Assembly: GCA_938084645.1 (NCBI GenBank)
Contig: CALKEP010000007.1
Location: 1-60,903 of the forward strand
DNA length: 60,903 nt
From: an uncultured Phycisphaerales bacterium
Lineage (GTDB): Bacteria > Planctomycetota > Phycisphaerae > Phycisphaerales > SM1A02
Reading direction: 5' to 3'
The translations under genes were made by a program, and so were the position numbers. This document shows positions 51,060-60,862 of the stretch, one piece after another (position 1 is the first letter of the stretch; each line of letters starts with the position of its first letter). The notes under the pieces were generated by a model. It saw only the letters and a list, made by a program, of their open reading frames with translations, had not been told where the DNA came from and searched no databases.

Positions 51060-51063
51060 CTTC

Positions 51064-51097
51064 GCGGCCTCTCTCACGAGAGGCCGCTGTCCTTTTT
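51064..51097 (+). terminator. Terminator after tRNA-Asp
   Basis: GCGGCCTCTC-TCAC-GAGAGGCCGC...CTTTTT. Confidence 0.75.
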
Positions 51098-51134
51098 GAC
51101 GCCGCCGGGTCCGGCCGCAAGCTCGTCCGTGCGT

Positions 51135-51707
51135 TCAATCGGGGGGCTGGTTCTCCGGCCGCCACTTGATGTTGCAGCCGAGGCTGGGTCGCTGGTCGCC
51201 CGGGACCTCCCGCCCTTCGAGTGCGGCCTCGACGGCGGTGTCCAGATCCGCGCCGGTGACCGGAAGCTCGTCCCCCGGTCGACTGTCACAGAACTGGCCC
51301 CGGTACACGAGGCGGCGATCGCCGTCGAAGAGGAAGAAGTCGGGCGTGCAGGCCGCGGAGTACGCCTTCGCGACGGACTGGTCCTCGTCGAAGAGGTATG
51401 GAAACGTGTAGTTCCGCGCCTCGATCTCGGCGGCCATGGCTTCCGGGGCATCCGCCGGATGGCTCGTCACATCGTTGGAGTTGATCGCGAAGATCGCCAG
51501 GCCCCGGGCCTGCCAGTCGCGGCTCGATTCCGCGAGCTGGGCGGCGATGTGCACCACGAAGGGGCAGTGATTGCACATGAACACCACGAGGACGGCCTGG
51601 GCGGATTCCGCGTCGGCGAGGCCGTGCAGGGCGCCCGTCGGATCGGGGAGTCGGAAATCGGGTGCGGGGGTGCCGAGCGGGATCATGTTCGAGGGGGTTC
51701 GGGGCAA
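51135..51707 (-). CDS. Thioredoxin-fold AhpC/TSA (PRX-like) protein
   Basis: LGTPAPDFRLP, FMCNHCPFV, INSND, FPYLFDEDQ, ACTPDFF, YRGQ, SLGCNIKW. Confidence 0.93.
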   Translation of the reverse strand: MPRTPSNMIPLGTPAPDFRLPDPTGALHGLADAESAQAVLVVFMCNHCPFVVHIAAQLAESSRDWQARGLAIFAINSNDVTSHPADAPEAMAAEIEARNYTFPYLFDEDQSVAKAYSAACTPDFFLFDGDRRLVYRGQFCDSRPGDELPVTGADLDTAVEAALEGREVPGDQRPSLGCNIKWRPENQPPD

Positions 51708-51734
51708 GAGATCGCTCCAGGATTCGGGGGGTGA

Positions 51735-52244
51735 TCAGCTTCGGCCGATCAGGACGCCGCAGCCGAACACGATGAGGCCGCCGATCACGGTCCCGAACAT
51801 GGCGCGCAGCAGGGGAGTGTCCATGTATCGACGTCGGATGAGTGCGATGGCGAAGAGTTCCACGACGACCACGGCGATCGCGATCCAGGTCGCGAGCTCG
51901 AAGCCGTCGATCAGGTAGGGCAGGGTGTGGCCGAGGCCGCCGACGGTCGTCGCCCCTCCGCAGACCAGGCCGCGGATGGTGGGGGAGCCGCGGCCGCTCA
52001 TCCGGCCATCGTCGCTCATCGCTTCCGCGAACGCCATGCTGATGCCCGCCCCGACCGCGGCGGCGAGTCCGACCTTGAAGGTCGGTCCGCTCTCCTTGGT
52101 CGCGAAGGCCGCGGCGAAGAGTGGCGCGAGCGTCGAGACCGAACCGTCCATGAGCCCGGCGAGTCCGGGCTGGACGATCTGCAGCACGAATCGCCGGCGT
52201 TCCTCGTCGGCACTCGGGCTCGGGTTGGCGTCGGTGGATTCCAT
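51735..52244 (-). CDS. VIT1/CCC1 family membrane protein (MbfA C-terminal-like, putative iron exporter)
   Basis: FVLQIVQPGLAGLMDGSVSTLAP, GAGISMAFAEAMSDDG, GGLGHTLPYLI. Confidence 0.88.
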   Translation of the reverse strand: MESTDANPSPSADEERRRFVLQIVQPGLAGLMDGSVSTLAPLFAAAFATKESGPTFKVGLAAAVGAGISMAFAEAMSDDGRMSGRGSPTIRGLVCGGATTVGGLGHTLPYLIDGFELATWIAIAVVVVELFAIALIRRRYMDTPLLRAMFGTVIGGLIVFGCGVLIGRS

Positions 52245-52245
52245 C

Positions 52246-52488
52246 TCAGCGGATCTGCATGAGGACGAGGACGATCACGATCACCGCGACGAGGACGATC
52301 ACGGTCTTTGCGGAGAGAAGACTGCCGGCCCGATCCACCGGGGCGATGCCGATCCGACCCTCGATCACCGACTCGCAGTGAGGGCACTGGTACGCTTCGT
52401 CCCAGACCTCCCCGCCGCAGTCGGGGCAGTAGCCGATCTCGCCCGCGAAACGGTCGAGATCCTCGTCGCTCGGATCTTCGTTGATCAT
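52246..52488 (-). CDS. Small Zn-ribbon membrane protein
   Basis: Acidic N-terminus, CPDCG...CPHC, C-terminal TM segment. Confidence 0.75.
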   Translation of the reverse strand: MINEDPSDEDLDRFAGEIGYCPDCGGEVWDEAYQCPHCESVIEGRIGIAPVDRAGSLLSAKTVIVLVAVIVIVLVLMQIR

Positions 52489-52541
52489 GCGGAGAGGCTA
52501 CCAAGTCCCGCTTGCATCGATGCGGGGAACGGCCGCGGGAA

Positions 52542-53123
52542 TCAGGCGGATCGGGAGTGTCGGGCCGGCGCATGGCCCCGGCCGCCCCGGCCCTCCGACT
52601 CGAGCTGGCCGCGGAGTTTCGAGAGCCCTCGGTGCTTCCAATTGTTGATCGTCGTCACCGAGACGCCGAGACTGCGTGCGGCGTGCGCGTAGCTCTTGCC
52701 CTCGCAGACGATCATCCGAAGGGCGTCCCGTTCGTCGGGGCTCAGGCGTCCGAACGCCTGTTCGACCTGCCCGAGTTTCGTGAGGTCCTCGGCGACACGC
52801 AGCGGCTGCGGCGAGGAGTCCTCCTCGTTCTGGCGGATTCGGGGCTTGATCTTCTCCTCGACGATCTCCCGAAGGCGTACCGACCGAGTGAATCGCCGCC
52901 GCAGGATGTTGTGCACGATCTTGAGGAGGTAGCTGATCGAGATATCGAGTTCTTCGAGGCGGGGGTGCTGGAGAAGGCGGACGAACGCCTCCTGCGTGGC
53001 ATCCTCGGCGACCGCGGGTTCGGCCGACTTGCGTGCGAAGGCATAGACCCGATCGTGATACATCTCGAAGAGATCAAGGACGATTTCCGCGCGATCGCGC
53101 TTTCGGGTGTTGATCTCTTGCAT
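52542..53123 (-). CDS. ECF-family RNA polymerase sigma factor
   Basis: Region 2 YHDRVYAFA...AEDATQEAF...YLLKIVHN; region 4 LSPDERDAL...GKSYAHAARSLGVSVTTI...RGLSKLR. Confidence 0.9.
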   Translation of the reverse strand: MQEINTRKRDRAEIVLDLFEMYHDRVYAFARKSAEPAVAEDATQEAFVRLLQHPRLEELDISISYLLKIVHNILRRRFTRSVRLREIVEEKIKPRIRQNEEDSSPQPLRVAEDLTKLGQVEQAFGRLSPDERDALRMIVCEGKSYAHAARSLGVSVTTINNWKHRGLSKLRGQLESEGRGGRGHAPARHSRSA

Positions 53124-53403
53124 TTGATCCTCCTGGTCTGGCGTTCAGCCGATACGAATGCCTGCTGCCTGATTTCGTTCGCTCGTTCCTGGCGGCGAAG
53201 CGGCCGACCCACCGACCGTTCCACCCTCGAACAAGTGAACTTTTCTCCCGCGACTTCATTACAACTGACGACGGCGGGGGTCTTCTATGGGGTGATCGCC
53301 TATGTCTTCGCATGAAGGCCTGAAACCGCCTCTTCCGTCGCTTAGGCCGTGTTTTTGTTAGAATCCGTCCAACATTTTTCCCCCGGAGCCGTCCTGCCAC
53401 GCC

Positions 53404-54045
53404 ATGTCGACCGGCAACACCATCATCATCGCGGACGACCACTCGCTGATTCGCTCCGCGCTCGTCGCCCTGCTTGATTCCTGTTCGGGACTCTCCGTGG
53501 TCGCGGAGGTCGGGGATGCCGATAATGCGCTTCGCGAGACGGCTCGTCACAAGCCGGATGTCGTGGTGCTCGACATCGACATGCCCGGTGTGGACTCGTT
53601 CCAGGCCGCATCCGAGGTCCGGCAGATCAGCCCGAAGACGGAGGTGGTGTTCCTCTCCGGCTCCTGCAACGATCGATTCATCGAAGCAGCCAAGGCCGCC
53701 GGTGCTCGTGGTTACGTGTACAAGGGCGACGATCCAGCGGAACTCGTCTCGGCCATTCGGGCCATCGTCGAGGGGGGCACCTTCTACAGCACCACCGTCA
53801 GCGAACGGATCTCGACCGCGAGCTCGGGCGACGGCGGGTCGAAGTTCTCGATGCTCTCGTCCCGAGAGCTCGAGACACTGCGATACATCGCGAAGGGGCT
53901 TGCGAAGAAGGAGATCGCCCCGCTCATGCACATCAGCGTGAAGACCGTCGACAAGCACGTGACGCAGCTGATGTCCAAGCTCGAGATCCACGATCGGGTC
54001 GGACTCGCCCGTTATGCCATCCGAGAGGGTCTCGTCGATCCGTGA
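53404..54045 (+). CDS. NarL/LuxR-family response regulator
   Basis: IADDH, VLDIDMPG, GARGYVYK; LSSRELETL...GLAKKEIA...ISVKTVDKH...KL. Confidence 0.95.
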   Translation: MSTGNTIIIADDHSLIRSALVALLDSCSGLSVVAEVGDADNALRETARHKPDVVVLDIDMPGVDSFQAASEVRQISPKTEVVFLSGSCNDRFIEAAKAAGARGYVYKGDDPAELVSAIRAIVEGGTFYSTTVSERISTASSGDGGSKFSMLSSRELETLRYIAKGLAKKEIAPLMHISVKTVDKHVTQLMSKLEIHDRVGLARYAIREGLVDP

Positions 54046-54049
54046 TGCT

Positions 54050-56212
54050 TCAGCTGACGCGGTGTTCCGTGTCGGCCCCGGTTTCACAGGTTGCGAGCAG
54101 GCTCCGCATCGTCGCGATCAGCGGCTCCATCCCGAACGGTTTTCGCAGCACCTGCATCCGATCGATCGGCGGTGGATCCAGCGTTCCGCCCGTGATCAGC
54201 ACGCAGGGGGTTCGGTCCCCCTTGGCTCGAAGGGCGGTGATGGCGTCGATGCCGGAGCGGCCGGGAAGGTCCACGTCCATGACCAGCATCTCGATTCGAG
54301 GATCGGCTTCGAGTCGATCTTCCGCGTCCAACGCGTCGCAGGCCGTGGTGACGCTCGTTCCCGCTTGATCGAGATGGGCGGTGATCACCTCGCGGACCAC
54401 CGTGTTGTCCTCGATGAGCAGGGCGGCACGGGGCATTCGAGGCGGGTCGTCGGCCGCCGCGGTGGAATCACTCGAATGACGCGGGCCACGGTTCGAAACG
54501 GGCAACGCGAGGTGGACGCCGAGTCCGCCCAGCGGACTTTCGTCGAGGGAGAAGCGGCCTCCCATTCCAGCGGCGAGTCGATGGCAGAGCGAGAGTCCGA
54601 GCCCGGCGCCGGTGCTGCTCGGGCCTGATTCGAAGGGCTGGAGGTACCGTTCGCGGTCCTGCGGCGGGATCCCGGGGCCATCGTCGTCGATCCTGATCTC
54701 GACCCAGCCCGATTCCGGACGCCTGGCCGAGATGCGAATACGTCCACGCCCCGTGATGGCGTCCCGCGAATTCACGACGAGATTCAGGACCAGACGCTGA
54801 AGAGCTTCCAGGTCCGCGTGCGTGACGACATCGTCGTCGATCGTCTCGTCATCGCATTCAAGATCGATTTCGAGGCGGCGGGGGAGGAGTCGTCTTGCGG
54901 TGTTCGCGATCTCCTCGAGCTCCGCGCGAACGGAGATTTCGACCGGTCGGCGATCGTCACCGGCACTGGGGGCGACACGCTCGATCAAATGGTTCGCCGC
55001 GTCGACGGCATCCCGGATCTCCTCGAGGCCCTGAATGATGGCCGGGTCGTCGGTCCTTTGAAGGAGAAGCAGGATGCGACCTCCGATCGCGAATGCGACG
55101 TTGTTGAAGTCGTGTCGGAGGCCGCCCGCAAGCTGCAAGAGCATCTCGGAGCGTTCGAACGAGCCTCTGATCGCCGCGAAGGACTCACGCTCTCGTTCTG
55201 CCTCGAGGCGTTCGAAGTGGCGTCCCACCGACTCGCAGAACCGTCCGAAGACGAGGGCGACCTCGTCCTTGCGGTCGGCATCGGATTCGAATTCCGCGAC
55301 GAGGACGGAATCGAGGTGGCCGTTGATCCTGATCGGCGACGCGAATCGATCGGTCTCCCCGGTGCAATCGTGCATCGCCTGCCCTGATCGCAGTCGGGTG
55401 AGGTGTTCGGCGGTGATCGTCGCGGGGAGGATGCCGGCGGTGTTCCGGGACCGCGCCGGCGACCAGGTGGCGATTTCCCGGCATCGGTGATTCGCATCCA
55501 CCTCCAGCCAGCCGATCCGCTTCAGTCCGAGTTCCTCGCCGATCAGGGCGAGCAGCTCGCACATCGTCTGATCGAGATCTTCGGTGGCATGGATCGACTC
55601 GACCGCGATCTCGATCGTCTTGCGCAGGCGAGCTGCCGATTCGAGGCTCCGCCGGGCCTGGTCTCCCTGGGAGTCGTCGTGGAACAGCAGCGCCGAGGTG
55701 CCGTCCACGTTTCGATGGATCGTTCCTCGCATCGACCACCAACGGCCGCGATCTCGTCTCACCCGGAAGTCGCAGGAGGCCGATTGCTCGTGCTCGAGTC
55801 CGCGCAGCGTCGCGCGAAGTCGCGGGCGGTCTTCCGGATGGATGGCTTTCCACCAGTCGGGCCGTTCCTCGGTTCCTCGGGCCGCCGCTTCGTCGACTGA
55901 TCCGTCCGATGCGGCGATCCCGGCCAGCAGCCGCTCCATGCCATGGTTCCATGCGGTGGCGACCAGAGCCGCGTCGAAGCGGGCGAAGCCGAGATGCGGG
56001 GTGTCGGCGAGCCCAAACAGCTCGTCGGAACGATCTCCGGCGATCCGGTCACGGCCTTCGCGTCCGCGGCGGCCGATCGCGAATCCGACGGCGACGCCTG
56101 CCAGCACGCCCATGCCGAGAAGGACGACGGTGGTGGTCGCGTCGGAGGTCGGGACCAGAGGGCGTGAAATCGCGGCTGACACGGTGTCGGCAATGGCGTG
56201 CAACGGGCGCAT
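54050..56212 (-). CDS. Hybrid sensor histidine kinase (TM, PAS-like, GAF-like, HisKA, HATPase, REC)
   Basis: IHPEDR PAS; GLRHDFNN H-box; NLVVNSRDA, DDGPGI, GAGLGL; REC LIEDN...VMDVDLPG...KPF. Confidence 0.92.
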   Translation of the reverse strand: MRPLHAIADTVSAAISRPLVPTSDATTTVVLLGMGVLAGVAVGFAIGRRGREGRDRIAGDRSDELFGLADTPHLGFARFDAALVATAWNHGMERLLAGIAASDGSVDEAAARGTEERPDWWKAIHPEDRPRLRATLRGLEHEQSASCDFRVRRDRGRWWSMRGTIHRNVDGTSALLFHDDSQGDQARRSLESAARLRKTIEIAVESIHATEDLDQTMCELLALIGEELGLKRIGWLEVDANHRCREIATWSPARSRNTAGILPATITAEHLTRLRSGQAMHDCTGETDRFASPIRINGHLDSVLVAEFESDADRKDEVALVFGRFCESVGRHFERLEAERERESFAAIRGSFERSEMLLQLAGGLRHDFNNVAFAIGGRILLLLQRTDDPAIIQGLEEIRDAVDAANHLIERVAPSAGDDRRPVEISVRAELEEIANTARRLLPRRLEIDLECDDETIDDDVVTHADLEALQRLVLNLVVNSRDAITGRGRIRISARRPESGWVEIRIDDDGPGIPPQDRERYLQPFESGPSSTGAGLGLSLCHRLAAGMGGRFSLDESPLGGLGVHLALPVSNRGPRHSSDSTAAADDPPRMPRAALLIEDNTVVREVITAHLDQAGTSVTTACDALDAEDRLEADPRIEMLVMDVDLPGRSGIDAITALRAKGDRTPCVLITGGTLDPPPIDRMQVLRKPFGMEPLIATMRSLLATCETGADTEHRVS

Positions 56213-56277
56213 CGCCTGAAGTTAACCGTCACCCTTCGAAACCGGACTGGGGCATTCACTCCACTTCGCCCCAATTC

Positions 56278-57561
56278 TCAGTCGCAGGGGCCCCAGCGGA
56301 CGAAGAGCAGGCCGAGGTCCTTGCCATTGACGAGTCCGTCCGCATTGAAGTCGGCGGGACAGTCTTGGCACGATCCCCAGGACACGAAGAGCAGCCCCAG
56401 GTCACCGCCTCCCGTCACCCCGTCGCCGTCGAGGTCGGTGGGGCAGTCGATGCCGCATTCCGGAACGAGCTGGTTGCCGCCCTCGTCGGACCACGGCCCC
56501 GACACCTGGTCCGGCGCATTTCCACAGGCGAGCGTGTCTCGCAGCACCGGCAGGCTTCCGTTCCAGCTGTACACCCCGCCTCCGCTGCTGGCGACGTTTT
56601 CTCGCAGTGAACAGCCGTCGAGCACCGGGCTGATCGAGAAGTTGTGCATCGCCCCGCCTTCGCCGTTCGCGGTGTTTCCGATGAAGTCGCAGTCGATGAA
56701 CTCCGGAATCGCGGTGCTCGATCCCGGATCGGCGTTGAAGACCGCACCACCCTCGTCGCCCGCGGCGTTTCCATCCATCACGCAGTCGCGCAGGATGGGA
56801 CTGCTCGCGTCGTTGTACATCGCACCGCCGTCGCTCGCGCAGGTGTTCCCACGAAAGAGGCATCCCTCGAATTCGGGACGGCTGCCGTCGAAGTTCAGGA
56901 TGGCGCCGCCGAAGAACCCTCGATTCTCGACGAAGTCGCAACCGTTGATCGCAGGCTCGGCGCCCCAGTTGTAGATCGCCCCGCCGAGGCAGGCGGATGA
57001 TCCGTTGTCGAGGAAGGCGCAGTCGACGATCGTCGGCCGACAGATCGACCCGTGCTCGTCGCCGTTGAGAATCGCCCCGCCGTACTCGGCGTCGTTCCCC
57101 TCGAAGATGCAGTTTCGAATGGTCGGACCGCTGCCGTCGCGATTCCAGAATCCCCCTCCGAAGTACTCCCAGAAGTCGATGGCGCCGTTGTCGTTCCAGT
57201 CGTACCAGGTCGCGCGGCAGTTTCGAATCACGAAGCCCTCGATCACCGTCTTCGCGGTCTCGCCGTTTCGGCATCTCACCCCGCGACGGAACGACTCGCC
57301 GTCGATGATCGCGGTTCCGGGAATCGCCGAGGAGAGGAGGATCCGCTTTCCTTCGAGGTCGACGACCTGGTCGTCGGTCGACGTGTAGGTGCCCGGTGCG
57401 ACGAGCACCACGTCGCCGTCCGAGGCGAAGTCGACGGCGGCCTGGATCGAATCGAAATCGGCAGGCCCGTCGTCATCAACGGTCAGGGTCTCGGCCGTGA
57501 TGGGGGCGGCCAGCACGATGGCGGTGAGGGCGTGAATGCGGGTCGAGCGAATCCTGGGCAT
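56278..57561 (-). CDS. Secreted beta-helix repeat protein with C-terminal dockerin
   Basis: Signal peptide; TVDDDGPADFDSIQAAVD, VAPGTY; repeated C-x-F-x-x-N...GGA(I/M)YN; CPTDLDGDG...CPADFNADG...WGPC. Confidence 0.9.
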   Translation of the reverse strand: MPRIRSTRIHALTAIVLAAPITAETLTVDDDGPADFDSIQAAVDFASDGDVVLVAPGTYTSTDDQVVDLEGKRILLSSAIPGTAIIDGESFRRGVRCRNGETAKTVIEGFVIRNCRATWYDWNDNGAIDFWEYFGGGFWNRDGSGPTIRNCIFEGNDAEYGGAILNGDEHGSICRPTIVDCAFLDNGSSACLGGAIYNWGAEPAINGCDFVENRGFFGGAILNFDGSRPEFEGCLFRGNTCASDGGAMYNDASSPILRDCVMDGNAAGDEGGAVFNADPGSSTAIPEFIDCDFIGNTANGEGGAMHNFSISPVLDGCSLRENVASSGGGVYSWNGSLPVLRDTLACGNAPDQVSGPWSDEGGNQLVPECGIDCPTDLDGDGVTGGGDLGLLFVSWGSCQDCPADFNADGLVNGKDLGLLFVRWGPCD

Positions 57562-57886
57562 GGTCTTCTCCGGTCCGATTATCCTTGCGCGGCATGCCCA
57601 TGCGAGCGGAAAGAGTCGGATTCGACCAACGAGCGGGCCTCGACAGGTCTCCGAGATCCGGCGGCGTGATCCGCGTGCGTCTCCAAGGCCGAATCCGCGG
57701 ACCGTCGACCCCGGATGGAGGCGATCCGGGGCGGGGTGCGTGATCTGATCGTTGAGGTTGGAGTCCGGCGTGGCTTCGGCCGATGTGCTCAGGGAAAGGT
57801 GGTGGCGATCGTGCGCCGTCGCCGAACGTTCGTTTGCCAGAAAGCCCTCGACGGGGCGACCGTTCAAGATCAAGGGAAGGACCGCG

Positions 57887-58372
57887 ATGCCCGTATCAGA
57901 AGAAGAATTCCGCACCCTGCAGCGTCAGGTTCGTCGTCAACGTCGGTGGAACATCGCCCTGCTGGCCATGGTCGCCGGCGGTGGCTTGATGGCGGCGAAC
58001 GGCGTGCGAACACTGCCCGAAGTCCTTCAAGCGAAGAAACTCGAGATCGTGAATGACGAAGGCACGGCGATCGTCGAACTCGGAGCCAATCGAGCCGGCA
58101 ACGGCGCGGTGACCACCCGGAACGAGGACGGGCGGCGTCTGGTGCGACTCGGGGCGACCACGGGCGGGAACGGATTCGTCACCACGCTGAACGGCATGGG
58201 AGGGAATCTCGTGGAAATCGGTGCGACCGTGGATGGTCAAGGCACGGTCGAGACCCAGGATGGCGACGGGCAGACGCTCGTCCGACTCGGCTCCTACGCC
58301 AACTCCCGAGGTGGCTACGTCGAGTCCTTCACCACGAAGGGCGCGTCGACCGGCGAATTCCCCGAGCGATGA
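57887..58372 (+). CDS. Hypothetical single-TM protein with ~23-aa beta repeats
   Basis: GGAAGG SD; short coiled coil then TM; four repeats of (L/I)V(E/R)(L/I)G(A/S)...G.G.V.(T/S). Confidence 0.75.
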   Translation: MPVSEEEFRTLQRQVRRQRRWNIALLAMVAGGGLMAANGVRTLPEVLQAKKLEIVNDEGTAIVELGANRAGNGAVTTRNEDGRRLVRLGATTGGNGFVTTLNGMGGNLVEIGATVDGQGTVETQDGDGQTLVRLGSYANSRGGYVESFTTKGASTGEFPER

Positions 58373-58627
58373 CCATGCCATGAGCCCGAATGTCGAACGC
58401 CGCATCCGTGATGGGTGCGGCGTTCCTCTTTCGGCGGTCGGCCTTCGCAGGTCATGCTTCCGTCACGTGCGGACATGGCCCCGAGATTCGCCGGGTTTCG
58501 GATAAATCATGGATTTCACGCGTGACAGTGCTACCGTGTGTTCCTTCGGCCGCGAAAGTCAGTGGTCATGCGGCTCCAGTCGGCAGCCTCGCAAGCGGCG
58601 ATCAGACGTGACGTGAAAGGATGAAAG

Positions 58628-60862
58628 ATGCATCGATTGGCCGTGGGAATCGTCTGCGCCCTGATCATGTCCTCCCGGCCCGCATGCGCCTCGTCGTCCA
58701 TGGGCGGGGATGCGATCGAGCATCTCTCGGGGCGTGTGCGCCTGAACGAGGGTCCGGTCGTCGCTGCGGAGGTCACGCTGTTCAAGAGCGGCGCGGCTCG
58801 CGGACAGGGCGCGGTACCCATCGCGACGGCGATCACCGATGAAGATGGCGAATTCGATGTCACCTACCGATCATTGCCGGACGACGGGAGCATTCTCTAC
58901 CTCATGGCGGACCGGGGCCATCAGCGCGTCGCAACCGTGCTGGGGATGGGGGATCTCCCCGAACACGTCTCGCTCAACGAGCTGACGACGGTCGCGACCG
59001 CGTATGTGATGAACCAGTTTCTCGCGGGGGAGATCATCGGGGGGAACATCGTCGGCGTCCGCAACGCCGCTTCCACCTTCCGAAACCTGATTCGACCGGG
59101 CACTGGTGACGCGGCCGAATCGATCTCGTCGTTCCCGAACGGCGAGTCGACCGACGCGCTTCGAAAATTCAACACTCTTGGAAACATCCTGGCCTTTGCG
59201 GCGTCGAGTCCTCGCGATTTCTCCAAGGTGAGCCTGCTCGCATCGCCGCCTTGTGGAGCGGCGCCCGAGGACCTCCTCGGTCTGGCCGCGTCGCTCGCCC
59301 GGTATCCGGACACCTCCCCGCAGGCGTTGTTCGACTTGAGCACGCGGAACCCGATCTACCAGCCGGCGCTGTCGTCCGCGACCGATGCAACGGAGGACGG
59401 GGTCCCGATCACCTGGACCTTGATGCTTCGCTACGGGGGTGACCCTTCGTTCCAGATGAATGGGCCGGGCCGGATCGCGGTAGACGGCGAAGGGACGATC
59501 TGGATCATCAACAACTTCGATTACGCCGCGAACCCGGATACGCCGGTGTGCACGGGCACCTATGTCACCCGGCTCGCACCGAACGGCGAGTTGTATGGCT
59601 CGTCTCCCTACAGTGGGGGTGGTCTTGGAGGCGCGGGATGGGGCCTGGCGTTCGACACCCGTGATCACGTCTGGGTGGGAAATTTCGGTTTCGAGGGTGC
59701 TGGTGCGACGGATTGCACGCCTCCGGCCCGGAACAGTGTTTCGAAGTTCACGAGCGACGGGGTGCCCCTGTCGCCGGGAGCGGGCGGAAACCCCGAATGC
59801 GATCCCGATCAGGGAGGATTCTGCAACGGAGAGATCGTCACGCCGCAAGGCGTGGTGTCCGACTCCGTGAACACGATCTGGGTCGCGAATCTCTGTGTGG
59901 AGACGTTGACGAAGATTCCCGACGGTGATCCGCTTCAGGCCTATTCGTTCCCGCTGGTCGCGGAGGGCGGCGCGGGAGACCCGGCTCCGTTCGGCATCGC
60001 CATCGACGGCGGCGACCGGGCATGGGTCACGGACAATGGAGCGAGCGTCGTTTATCGCGTCGAACCGGATGATTCCTATCAGCAGGTGCGGGCGTCGACG
60101 GCGATCGATTTCAAGCGTCCGATGGGGAACGCGGTCGACTCGAATGGGAACGCCTGGATCGCCGACAGCGGAATCATCCCGATTTCGGAAGGCGGAAACT
60201 GCGATGGGCTCCCGCCGATGTCGTTCGGAGAGGAATCGAGATACGGACCACTCGTTCCTGACGAGGAGTTCGCCGGGATCATGAGAGTCACGCCGGACGG
60301 GCGGATCGTCGATCGCTACAGCGGCGGTGGCCTCTCCGTTCCCTGGGGGGTCGCGGTGGACGGCGACGACCATGTCTGGATCGCCGACTTCAACGGTGGC
60401 CGGGTCTCCAAGTTCTGCGGGGCGAACGAAGCGAACTGGCCGTGTGGGCTTAGCGTGGGCGATCCGATCTCGCCGCCCGATGGATATCGGAGCGATGCGC
60501 TCGCCCGAAACGTCTGCGTGGCGATCGATCAATCAGGAAACGTATGGCTCTCGAACAACTTCCTGATCGACTGCTTCGGCGAACGGGATGCCAACCCCGG
60601 GGGGAAGACCGTGGTCCAGTTTCTCGGAGTGGCGGCACCGGTCGAAGCTCCGGTGGTGGGGGTTCCCAGGCGTCCCGGTGCGGATCCTGCATCCTTCTGT
60701 CCCGCCGATTTCAACGGCGACGGAGCGGTCGACGGGGCGGATCTGGGCAGATTGCTCGGGGCGTGGGGTTCGAACGATGGCTGGTACGAACTGTCCGGTG
60801 ATGCTGCGATCGGTGGGGCGGATCTGGGATTGCTGCTGCAGGCCTGGGGAGCGTGCGAGTGA
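58628..60862 (+). CDS. Secreted NHL/beta-propeller protein with C-terminal dockerin
   Basis: Signal peptide; LNELTTVATA; repeats GPGRIAVDGEGTIWI, PFGIAIDGGDRAWV, PWGVAVDGDDHVWI; CPADFNGDGAVDGADLG...WGAC. Confidence 0.88.
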   Translation: MHRLAVGIVCALIMSSRPACASSSMGGDAIEHLSGRVRLNEGPVVAAEVTLFKSGAARGQGAVPIATAITDEDGEFDVTYRSLPDDGSILYLMADRGHQRVATVLGMGDLPEHVSLNELTTVATAYVMNQFLAGEIIGGNIVGVRNAASTFRNLIRPGTGDAAESISSFPNGESTDALRKFNTLGNILAFAASSPRDFSKVSLLASPPCGAAPEDLLGLAASLARYPDTSPQALFDLSTRNPIYQPALSSATDATEDGVPITWTLMLRYGGDPSFQMNGPGRIAVDGEGTIWIINNFDYAANPDTPVCTGTYVTRLAPNGELYGSSPYSGGGLGGAGWGLAFDTRDHVWVGNFGFEGAGATDCTPPARNSVSKFTSDGVPLSPGAGGNPECDPDQGGFCNGEIVTPQGVVSDSVNTIWVANLCVETLTKIPDGDPLQAYSFPLVAEGGAGDPAPFGIAIDGGDRAWVTDNGASVVYRVEPDDSYQQVRASTAIDFKRPMGNAVDSNGNAWIADSGIIPISEGGNCDGLPPMSFGEESRYGPLVPDEEFAGIMRVTPDGRIVDRYSGGGLSVPWGVAVDGDDHVWIADFNGGRVSKFCGANEANWPCGLSVGDPISPPDGYRSDALARNVCVAIDQSGNVWLSNNFLIDCFGERDANPGGKTVVQFLGVAAPVEAPVVGVPRRPGADPASFCPADFNGDGAVDGADLGRLLGAWGSNDGWYELSGDAAIGGADLGLLLQAWGACE

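Noticed and set aside
53237..53266. GAACTT as an ECF -35 element in the ECF/regulator gap
   Set aside because: No convincing matching -10, and it points away from the sigma gene; the TAGAAT near 53359 is a simpler explanation for the regulator's promoter.
56278..60862. Possible horizontally acquired island (slightly more A/T-ending codons by eye)
   Set aside because: Not quantified, no mobility genes or boundary repeats, and the genes carry the same dockerin tag as the rest of the window.
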